Shown piece after piece: positions 53,272-64,000 of a DNA stretch of 64,000 nt; positions within the stretch are counted from its first letter, which is position 1; each line of letters begins with the position of its first letter. This DNA comes from Octopus vulgaris (taxonomy: Eukaryota). The notes under the pieces were generated by a model. It worked only from the letters and a program-made list of their open reading frames with translations. It made no database searches and was not told the origin of the DNA. The stretch spans positions 39,556,001 to 39,620,000 of the forward strand of contig OX597822.1 in assembly GCA_951406725.2 (NCBI GenBank). Direction: 5' to 3'. The position numbers and the translations under genes were made by a program.

Positions 53272-56217
53272 TACACTCACAGAAACGCATCTTGAACCCG
53301 ATATAGGTGATGCAGAAATACACATGCCGCAATATGCAGTCATACGCACAGATAGAAAAGGGAGGAGCCATGGTGGAGTTGCAATGTACATCCGAGATGA
53401 CCTCACGCCCCAGGTCCTGCTGTCATATTCAAACTCAGTATGTGAAACTCAAATTGTACACATAAGACAACTGAATATCGTCATATGCACTACATATCGC
53501 CCACCAGACGCCCCAAAACACTCAGGCATGTTTGAAGACTGCCTAACAAAAATAGGAGAAGTCCTCACCAACCTTGAACAGCACAACAGTGTATTCTTCA
53601 TGGGTGACTTTAACCTCCCCAATGTGGAATGGCCTGGGGGGCAGATGCTCCCAGGGATGACACACCATCAGCAGGCACAGGTGGAGTCCCTGCTCCATCT
53701 CACAAATACCTCTTTCATGGAGCAAATAGTTCTGCAACCAACAAGGGCAGATAATATACTGGATCTCTGCTTTACAAACAATATGGATATTATCCATAAT
53801 GTTAATGTGATGCCGACAATGATCTCGGATCACAACATAATAGAGCTGTCTATGTATGGAACAAAAGCCCCCGCAGACACACAGCCTATACGAAGCACCC
53901 ACCATCTCTCCAACTTAAACTTTCATAAAGCCAACTGGAAGTCGATTGAGAAAGAGATCCTCAAACAGGATTGGCCTGAATGTCTCTCCACACCGGACAT
54001 AAACATGAAACACAAACACTTCATGTCCATAATACAAGCCATATGTGACAAATATGTCCCAATGTGCAGGGCCAGCACACACAAGAATAAAAACAGGATC
54101 CCTAGAGAAAGGAGGATTCTTATGAGACGACGGACAAGGATTGCAAACCGCCTGAGCAAGCACACCAAAAGTGGTGAGAAGTCTCGGCTCGAAAGAATGC
54201 TAATGGAAACTGAGAAAAGTCTACATCAGTCCCATGAAAAGGAGAGAGCAGATAAAGAAGCTTGGGTAATAGAAAATATAAAATCAAACCCTAAAGCTTT
54301 CTTTGAGTTTGCCAAAGAGACAGCCACAGTGCACCAGAGAATGGGACCTCTCTTCCAAAAAGATGGCTCTCTCACAGGAAATCCCACGAGGATAAGTGAA
54401 ATACTGAACGAACAGTTCCAAAGTGTGTTCACTACACCTCTAGGACACAGGCAAGTAAACAACCCAGAAGAATTCTTTGCCACTTTACCAGCGGCCAAAG
54501 GGACAGAAATTGAGTGCATCAACATCGAGGAGGATGGTGTCACACTGGCCATTGATGAGATTGACACAGGCTCAGCTGCTGGACCTGATGGATTCCCGGC
54601 GGTCCTTCTCAAATCGTGCAAACGAGCCCTTGCAAAACCGCTGCAGCTTCTTTTTCAGAGCTTTCTTGCAAGTGGTAAGCTCCCAGTCAAACTGAAAGAG
54701 GGGGTAATATGCCCTATCCATAAGGGAGGTAGCAGAGCAGATGCTAAAAATTATAGGCCTATCTCTCTGACCTCACACATCAGCAAAGTCATGGAACGAA
54801 TAGTCCGTAAGAAACTAATCATGTTCCTTGAAGAAAATGACTTACTGTCTGACACCCAGCATGGATTTCGACCAGGTAGAGGCTGCCTAACACAGCTCCT
54901 GCAACACTATGACTGGGTGTTGAAACAGCTACTAAATGGCTCAAATGTGGATGTAATATATCTTGACTTTGCAAAAGCCTTTGATAAAGTCGACCATGGT
55001 ATGATCTGTCACAAACTGCGTGGTCTCGGCATAGGCGGGAAACTTGGAGAGTGGCTGCACAACTTCCTAAAAGACAGAAAACAGGCAGTTGTGAGCAATG
55101 GAGCCACCTCCAGGGAAACGCAAATAACAAGCGGTGTCCCACAGGGCACTGTCTTGGGGCCACTGATGTTCATAGTGGCCCTTTCAGACATGCCTTCAGT
55201 TGCTACGATGACCACCCTTGCTAGCTATGCAGATGACACAAAAGTCTCCCACGCAATACAAAACCCTGAAAATATTGCGCATCTGCAACATGAGCTGGAC
55301 ACAATATACAGGTGGGCTGCGGACAACAACATGCAGTTTAATGCAGGTAAGTTCCAGGCCCTGCGCTACTGGCACACAAAGGTAAATGACGTGAAGACTG
55401 GATACACTGGCCCAGGAAGAATTGCAATCCCTGAGTCAAAATCAGTGCGTGACCTGGGCATTGACATGAGCAATGATGCATCTTTCCAAATGCATATTGC
55501 TAATCTGGTGATAAAATGCAGACGGCTAGCTGGATGGATTCTCCGAACTTTCAGAACAAGAGAGAAGGAGACACTGATGGTCCTATGGAAAACATTTGTC
55601 CTCAGCCGCTTGGACTACTGCTCCCAACTTTGGTCACCACACAATATAAAACAAACAGCAGAACTCGAAGCAACTCAGAGAAGCTACACAAAGAAAATCG
55701 TCTCAATGCAAAATGTCAGCTACTGGGAAAGACTGAAGGTATTAAACCTCTTCTCCCTGGAGCGGAGGCGGGAGAGATATGCAGTGATATACATCTGGAA
55801 AATCCTGGAGGGTCTTGTCCCAAACTTTGGCATTCAAAGTTACTCCAACCGCAGAACGGGCGCCGCTGCGTGGTGCCAAGGATTCCAACATCACCATCAA
55901 AATACAGGTCCAGATACTGCAACAGCTTGGGTTTCAGAGGACCACAGCTCTTTAACATCCTCCCTAAATGCCTGAGAGACTTACATGGTGTGGATGTGGG
56001 TTTCTTTAAAACTAAACTGGATCTCTTCTTGTTGGGAGTCCCAGATGAACCTACCTCACGACAGGAGACACGGATGCGGGCAGCAGCATCGAACTCCCTT
56101 GTTGATCAAGTGCCACGTATCAGAGGTGGATTCACAAACTAGTGTAGCTCATTCAGCGGTGGTGCCCCAGCATGGCCGCGGCCTTCGGGCTAAAACATTT
56201 TTAAGGATTTTTAAGGA
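53272..56217 (+). mobile_element. CR1-group LINE family A: APE endonuclease + RT, slightly 5'-truncated
   Basis: LTETHL, YRPP, GDFNLP, ILDLCF, SDHN; [48 protein letters not shown]; one frameshift near 55860, stop at 56142; tail (TTTTTAAGGA)2; the ORF-track start at 52475 is read-through of (TA)n. Confidence 0.93.
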
Positions 56218-56219
56218 TA

Positions 56220-56395
<176 letters not shown>

Positions 56396-57474
56396 GTTTT
56401 GGGACCACTACTGTTCATAATGGCCCTCTCAGACATGCCCTCAGTCACGCAGAGAGCCACGATCACAAGTTATGCAGATGATACAAAAGTTTCACAGGCA
56501 ATATAGAACCCTGAAGACACTAAGCACATGCAATGTGAGCTGGACGAAATATACAAGTGGGCTGAAAAGAATAACATGCAGTTCAATGCTGAAAAGTTTC
56601 AAGCTTTATACTATCAGCATGCAAAACTGAATGCAATACCCAATGAATACACTGGACCCGGAGGGATTGCAATCCCAGAGGCACAATCAGTGCGTGACCT
56701 GGGTATTCACATGAGTGATGACGCGACCTTTCATGTACATGTTGCTAAACTGACAATGAAATGTAGACGGCTGGCTGGATGGATTCTTAGAACCTTTAGA
56801 ACAAGAGAACAAGAAACCATGATGGTCCTCTGGAAGACACTTGTCCTAAGCCACTTTGACTATTGCTCTCAGCTATGGTCACCATCCAGTGTCAAGTTGA
56901 TCACAGAACTTGAGGCGATCCAACGAAGCTACACGAAGAAGATAGCCTCTGTGCAGCATATGAGCTACTGGGAGAGACTCAGGAGATTAAAGCTCTATTC
57001 CCTGGAGCGTAGGCGAGAAAGATATGCCATAATATATATCTGGAAGATCCTGGAAGGTCTTGTCCCAGACTTTGGCATCGAGAGTCACACAAATGCCAGA
57101 ACCGGACGCCACTGCGTAGTACCAAGGACTCCAAATTTGCCATCAAGATGTAGGACAAGATATTGTGATAGCCTGGGCTTCAGAGGCCCACGGCTCTTCA
57201 ATATCCTCCCGAAGAACCTGAGGGACCTGCATGGTGTAGATGCGGATGTCTTTAAAGTAGGACTGGATCTCTTCCTGTCAGGTGTCCCGGATGAACCAAC
57301 TTCACGGCAGGAGGTGCAGATGAGGGCAGCTGCATCGAACTCTCTCATGCATCAGATGGCGTTTGCTAAAAAGCATCCGTGAGGTAAAACCGTGTAGCAA
57401 ACCAAATGGCGGTGCCCCAGCATGGCCACAGCTCATTAGCTGAAACTGGAAAAATCAAAATCAAAATCAAAATC
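56396..57474 (+). mobile_element. 5'-truncated CR1-group LINE family B
   Basis: VLGPLLF...YADDTK, premature stop at 56504, ORF 56528-57382 paralogous to family A ([18 protein letters not shown]); (AAAATC)n tail; (TA)n both sides. Confidence 0.92.
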
Positions 57475-57495
57475 ATATATACCTATATACGTTGA

Positions 57496-57722
57496 AGGTG
57501 TTTATAAGCCATTTAAAAACACACAAAACCTTTAGATTCACTTCAACATATAAATTTAATTTGCCAAAATATTTTCGTTCCTTTGAGACCGCAGCCTGAT
57601 CACTGACAAAACCTTGATCAGGTCGCGATCTCAATGCGACGAAATTATTTTGGCAAATCAAATTTAAATGCTGAAGTGAATCTAAAGGTTTTGTGTGTTT
57701 TTAAATGGCTTTATAAACACCT
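57496..57722. repeat. Imperfect palindrome of about 227 bp (arms about 107 bp, 12-nt spacer)
   Basis: aggtgtttataagccatttaaaaacacacaaaacctttagattcacttca...cctgatca / tgatcagg...tgaagtgaatctaaaggttttgtgtgtttttaaatggctttataaacacct. Confidence 0.92.
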
Positions 57723-57794
57723 CTCACGCTGCAATTGTTTTTGTTTTAGCACACGATCTCTGATCGGGTCACTTACTATGCAAGTACATCTCCG

Positions 57795-57861
<67 letters not shown>

Positions 57862-57887
57862 TACGTGTATGTGAGTGTGTGTACATA

Positions 57888-57957
<70 letters not shown>

Positions 57958-57959
57958 TA

Positions 57960-58167
57960 TTCAGGCTAGGCCAAAAGTCACGAACCAATCTTAAAAGCTC
58001 ATTTAATATGTTGCACATTTCCTAAGCAATTTGTTTTAAAATTGAATAAAAGAAATAAAATTGTGAAAACACGCGTACTTGTTCACCACGAACAAAATTA
58101 ATAATAATAATAGTAATATAATAAAAAGTCAAATGTTTTTGCTGCGTGTCTTTTGGCCCACCTTGTA
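57960..58167. mobile_element. Small Tc1/mariner-type MITE
   Basis: Imperfect TIRs caggctaggccaaaag...cttttggcccaccttg; similar lone end tacagggtgggccaaaag at about 43777. Confidence 0.55.
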
Positions 58168-58929
58168 TACATATAAGGCTCACCCATACATACATATATG
58201 CTTACACACGCATATATATATGCGCATAATGCATACGTATATATGTTTGCATATATACATTGATACACCCACTGATCCATCCATCCATTCATACATACAT
58301 TCGTACATGCATGCGTGCATTCTTACATGCATACATGCATACATACATGCATTTGTCAGTTTGATAATTGCAGCCGTTATGTCTTGAAACTAGTGTACTG
58401 CTAAGCATTCTGTTAAACCAGTCTTTTTTTCCCAATTCAAAAGAATTTCTATGATAAATCCAGTGGATTAGATAAATTCGTTCGTTTTAATTTTCCGTTT
58501 ATTTTAATCCTTATTTTTTATCAACAATTTTAACAAATGTGATGCTCCAGCATGGTCACTATCAAATGGCTGAAACAAGTAAAAGAATAAAAAAAATAAA
58601 AGAAGATCAGCCAATAGTATATTCTCCACATTGTTCAACTTCTTCCGAACAGTCAACTAGTTTCCCAATGTCTCTGTTGAATGAAACGTCTTACAGAATG
58701 CTGGAGAGCGACCGAAAAAGATAATTATCTGAAGATATTCTACCAGGAAAATACAGTGGGTACGGTAGAACTTCCAACCAAGCAACTAAATGGTATTTTT
58801 TTGTGAAAATATCGATGTGGGAGCGAGTGTTCTGGTATTGAAGAGGCACTCTGTGTTACCGTTCGGGTCATTAGGACTTTACTTATCGAGTGACTTTAAC
58901 CTAACGCGCGACGGTGTTGTGACCGCATC

Positions 58930-59365
58930 TCACTTGCTGGGCCAATTCCCTAGTAGACTGGCGCAGATCTTCATGGTTGAGTTTGTCCAATCGACCCTCA
59001 TAGAATTGATCAGATCTGCGGGAACACAGAGAATCTGTGATGTCGAATTTCCTCTCCCATCCTTGGAGTGTGAAAACCATTTCTGTGCAATTCTCTCAGT
59101 AACAACCACTTCTTCGTACACTGCACGAAATATCTCGAGTAGCTTTGACAGCTTTGACAGCTTTGGAACCCTGACTGAAAGTGAAGAGAACCAGACATCG
59201 AAAATGCTCATTTTCTTTTTATTTGGTTCTCCATCATCATAAATCTAAAAAGAGGTAAACAAAAGATGTAAAAGAAAAATAGTGTTACCAAAAAATATCA
59301 TAAAACACAAAGATAGTTCAAATAATTCTTGGTCAAGAAATGCCACATTTATCTGACAGCCCTAA
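58930..59365 (-). mobile_element. Mariner 5' fragment
   Basis: Minus NEHFRCLVLF..., AVYEEVVVTERIAQKWF (mariner HTH); terminus tattagggctgtc. Confidence 0.7.
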
Positions 59366-60286
59366 TATATATATACATACATAAACATATATGTGTTAGT
59401 AATAATTTTTGCTTCCCTCCTTGTCTATAAGTCACAAATTAGAGTCTGTATTCTTATAAATATTTAAATATTTTTCTTTACCATGGTATTCGACAAGTTT
59501 TATAAATTATAAACAATCTAATTTTATTAATAAAATCTATTCGTCTGATTCCTTTTCAATTCTTACAGTCCTCCAACCAATGCATTATAGAAAACTTCAT
59601 TAAAAACTTCATGAAAATGTGTTATAAAGTTCTCACTTACAGGACTGTAAGCTCTAACCTCTTAGATATATTTATTGGATTTATTCAAAGGAAATTACTT
59701 CTGGACTATATCTTATGTTGCACTCAGTAACTTTGATTTGACGAATAAAATGTGTGAATCTGGCTCCTACTTTCTTCATATAGTTCCCGATTTGCAATGC
59801 TACATAGGGAGTGTGAGAACCAGGTTCATCGACCATCTCCCTTTCAAAAAATGACCTAAAATTCTTTACCCGTATGGTCCACGGCTTATGAGTTGCCTCA
59901 GCGTTCTCAAACAGTTTAGAAAATATTGTTCTTTGACATTAAGGCGAGTCATATAGTGAAGCAGATAGTTTCTGAACCGAGGAGGGGAAGAAATAATACG
60001 GGAGCCGGTCTGTCCCACACTACATATATTTAAGAATAAATTTTGTTTTTACAGTTGAGTCTGGAGTAAGGAGCATGGCCCATCACATTTGCAGACCCTC
60101 CAAGGCGGGTGAGTATGATTGTTACAGGTCAACACCAGAAAAAAGACTTTGGCGGGGGAAACATTCAAGAGGGATATGTTCAGAGGAGAAACATCGTGTG
60201 GCTTGAGGATGTCTGGGTGGTTGAGGTACGGTAGCTGATAGAATAGAGGGCATTAAAGTAGCGATAGAAAAGAGAGGGGGGAAAAA

Positions 60287-60495
60287 GCGGCGAGCTGGCA
60301 GAAACGTTTGCACGCCGGACGAAATACTTCGTAGTATTTCGTCTGTCTTCATGTTCTTAGTTAAAATTCCGCCGAGGTCGACTTCACCTTTTATCCTTTT
60401 GGGGTCGATAAGTTAAGTACCATTTGCATACTGGGCTCGATCTAATCGACTGGCCTCCTCGCCAAACGTTTCGGTCCTTGTGCCGAGAGTAGAAA
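60287..60495 (+). mobile_element. SINE family 2, near full-length
   Basis: gcggcgagctggcagaaacgtttgcacgccgg...aaattccgccgaggtcgact...ggggtcgataagttaagtacc. Confidence 0.82.
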
Positions 60496-60519
60496 AGAAA
60501 AGAGAGAGGAATGAGAGAG

Positions 60520-61130
60520 CAGGCCTGCAGCTCATAAAACAGAGCTTCTCCTCTAGTGATTGACTGGCTTTTCTTTGAATGATGCAATCGGGGATATCTG
60601 GTGTGTAACAGCAGCATCGTCCCAAATATGGGAGCAGCACTTCATTGTGGGTGTCCTTCAACCTTGCAGCGTGTCAGCAGCTGTTGGGAGCTGAAATATT
60701 TTCATGCTGTTCTAGCTGTGCTAAGGATGGGCTTTTAGTAGGAGAGATCCTCGGTGATAGTGAAGCCCAGCATTTTGAGCGACTGTAAGAACTCTAACTG
60801 AGTACTGCTCATGTATAGTGTCATGGTTTCTTAATACGAGAAGTGCTCGAGATATCTGCGGTTAAAAGAGACAAGCTTAGTATGATTCCATTTGAAGGAT
60901 GCTGTCAAAGCCTCTGTTTATGAAATCAATGCAGCTCTGGCGAGTGAAGTTTAAGGTTCTATGTGGATAGTGCCGATTGGAGAAAGACTGGGAAACCCAG
61001 CATAAGAATGAGCGTTGTTGCTTGTGTTGGATCCTAACATTAAATATATCATTGATGCAAAGAAGGAAGAGAGTAGGGATCAAAACTCCACTTGGGGCGT
61101 TAGAGTTGATTGTGAGTGGGGATAGACAGA
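60520..61130 (-). pseudogene. Very degenerate LINE RT remnant
   Basis: SGVLIPTLFLLCIND and CCSHIWD remnants resemble RT domain 4 and the downstream YCSHIW motif. Confidence 0.5.
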
Positions 61131-61429
61131 GCTCCGTAAAACTCTTTATGTGTGTTTGAGTACAAGGTGTCTGAGAGTAACAATGTAAGTTGAAAGAGTA
61201 AAAAATTAAGACTCATGTCCACAACAACACTATCTAAGCCATCAACACATTTCTAATGCCGGTTTTAACACGTGGTTCTGAGGTACTGAATGGTTGCGTG
61301 ACAGGAACCAAATTCGTGAACACTAATACAAGAGATCAATTTTAAAAGCCACAGACAACACAATGATTCTAATACATAAACTCTAGATCGAATCAGACAT
61401 ACTATATTTTATCGGGTCCCAAAATCTTC

Positions 61430-61823
61430 GTTTTCTGTTATAGGAACAAGACCTGAAATTTTAAAGGACTGGGGTCAGTCGATTGCATCGATCCCAGTGC
61501 TTAACTGGTACTTATTTTATCGTTTCTGAAATGATGAAAGGCAAAGCCGACCTCAGCATAGTTTGAACTCAGAATGGACACAATGCTGCGAGCTCACCAG
61601 CTTCTTCGACTCCCCAAACAATTCTTTCTACTATAGGCAAAAAGCCTGAAATTTGTGGTAAGGGAAATAGTCGATTACATTGACTCTAGTACTCAACTGG
61701 TGCTTTTTTTATCGATCCTGAAAGGATGAAAGGCAAAGTCGACCTCAGTAGAATTTGAACTCAGAACGTGAAGACGAAATATCGCTAAGCATTTTGCCCG
61801 GTGTGCTAGCGATTCTGCCAACG
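61430..61823 (-). mobile_element. Two tandem SINE family 2 copies
   Basis: Two occurrences of actggt...gatgaaaggcaaag.cgacctcag...tttgaactcagaa. Confidence 0.8.
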
Positions 61824-62242
61824 CACCCGTTTTTTCGAATCCCAAAATAATAAAAGCAGTATTTAAACTCGTTGGCGTTATTTGATCTCCTAACGCTACG
61901 GACATGAATTAAATATAACAATGAGCTTTGTTTGGCTGTCTATTGTTTCCAGGCGAAAGACCAGAAATGGAAACAGTGCGTTTGTTTATTTAAAATCAAC
62001 CCTGGTGTATGACTGGTATTTATTTTAACGACCTTTGGAAAGGGGAACGCCAAATATCGACTTCGTTGCGATTTGAGCTCAGAAGGTAGAGGGATCTTTC
62101 TAAATACGACAGCATATTTAGTCCCGCAAACAACAGCAACAACAACAACAACAATCACAGTAAACAGATAACACAGTCTAATCAGAAGGACAGCTATGTT
62201 GATGTTAGTACGTAGAAGGGTATATACATATATATACATACG

Positions 62243-62341
<99 letters not shown>

Positions 62342-62397
62342 CGTATATATATATATATATATATACATACGTATATATATATGTATATATACATACG

Positions 62398-62429
<32 letters not shown>

Positions 62430-63269
62430 TACATGCGTATATATATATATACATGTGTATATATATACATACATAGATACATACATATATATATATGTAT
62501 ATGTGTGTGTATACACACATATGTATATATATACATACATATACATATATATACAAATGTATGTGAGCGTGTGCATGTGTTCATATGTATGTGTGTGCGT
62601 ATCTGAGGAGAAGTAGAAAGAGAGGTGGAGAGACACAGAGCGGGACAGACAGACATATGGTCAAACGTGCGTTGGCAGAAATGTAGTGTGTCTGTGTAAA
62701 CGTATATTGAAATAAACAGGAACCATTTCGTGTATAAACACCTTTCTTTTTCTTTTTTACTTCTCTACCGTGCCATGGGCATTGGTGGGGAAATGAAAGA
62801 CCACAGGCGATGTCTAGGGATACGTGGGTGGAAAAAAAAAGGCGGGGTCTTGCTGCCAGATCTCTTAGGTATGTGGGAACAACGACAGTAACAACAACAA
62901 CAACAACAACAACAGCAGCAGTAACAACAACAAACCACGGTGAACTTCTGCGCAATATATCCATCCCCGTCCATTCGTCCATTCATCCATTTATCCATCC
63001 ATTCACCCATCTATTCATACATACATACATTCATTCATAGATACATACATACATTGCGTACATGTATTTATACATACATATATACATATATATAAGCGTA
63101 GCACAACACGTACACATATATACGTGTACGTATGTATATTTAAGTTTACTCATATATCTGTACAACACTCATTTATCGTTCTCACTCTATACATGTATAA
63201 ACATATATACGCATAAAAGTACACTTATCTATCTATTTGTTTGTCTGTCTGTCCGTCTGACTGTCTGTA

Positions 63270-63358
<89 letters not shown>

Positions 63359-63365
63359 GGCTATT

Positions 63366-63418
63366 TATCACTGACGAAGGGAGGGTTCTTACGAACTAAC
63401 CCTGAAATCGGTCCGATA
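63366..63418 (+). ncRNA. Degenerate hammerhead-like motif
   Basis: UAUCA CUGACGA AGGG AGGGUU..AACCCU GAAA UCG GUC CGAUA. Confidence 0.5.
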
Positions 63419-63661
63419 TGGAAATAATGGAATATTTTAGAAATTTCTGTCGGCTTTTTTTCGAGTAGCGTGTGTATTGTGAAAAATTATATGGTTAATG
63501 GACAATTATGTCCAACTTTCAGCATATTTTGCATTAGAAATTTTTTCGTTTGCCCTTATTTATAAGTTGTTTATAATTTTAACCGTCAAAGGTATTTTTT
63601 AATATGCAGGCCATTGATAAAAAATTTTTTCGACAAAATTTTATCCTATATATGTATATAT

Positions 63662-64000
63662 AGGCGCAGGAGTGGTTATGTGGTAAGTAGCTTGTTTACC
63701 AACCAAATGGTTCCGGGTTCAGTCCCACTGCGTGGCACCTTGGGCAAGTGTCTTCTACTATAGCCTCGGGCCGACCAAAGCCTTGTGAGTAGATTTGGTA
63801 GACGGTAACTGAAAAGAAGCCCGTCGTATATATGTATATATATATATATATGCGTGTGTGTGTTTGTGTGTCTGTGTGTGTGTCCCCCTAGCATTGCTTG
63901 ACAACTGATGCTGGTGTGTTTATGTCCCCGTTACTTAGCGGTTCGGCAAAAGAGACCGATAGAATAAGTACTGGGCTTACAAAAGAATAAGTCCCGGGGT
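63662..64000 (+). mobile_element. SINE family 1 copy running off the window end
   Basis: ggcgcaggagtggttatgtggtaagtagc...caccttgggcaagtg...gataagtactgggc. Confidence 0.9.

Overview
Eukaryotic, AT-rich, extremely repeat-dense non-genic DNA. The SINE families and the abundance of (TA)n/(CA)n/(TAA)n/(ATAG)n point to an octopus (coleoid cephalopod) genome; this is inference from repeat recognition. No host protein-coding exon can be supported, and nearly all short ORFs in the track are translated microsatellites. Real content: (1) 1-10.4 kb, a head-to-tail cluster of R4/Dong-clade RLE non-LTR retrotransposons in (TAA)n arrays (one near full-length, one internally deleted, three 3' fragments) plus an ORF-less 560-bp element in the same target; (2) a 5'-truncated Tx1/L1-type LINE (19.0-21.8 kb, minus); (3) CR1-group LINE copies embedded in (TA)n (51.5-57.5 kb) whose 3' tail is shared, with compensatory stem changes, by the most abundant tRNA-derived SINE; (4) many tRNA-derived SINEs, Tc1/mariner relics, RTE relics and two non-autonomous Helitrons. 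The most notable signal is about ten type I minimal hammerhead-ribozyme motifs from several unrelated non-coding repeat families (Penelope-like/retrozyme type, most with palindromic stem III). They include one family with a tRNA-like Pol III head upstream of the hammerhead and one apparent G3:C8-swapped core inside a 227-bp palindrome. There is also a covarying RNA pseudoknot near the 5' end of the Dong ORFs, and a strangely eroded mirror copy of the CR1 RT region that is probably an assembly artefact. All folds were read by eye and element boundaries are approximate unless termini are quoted.
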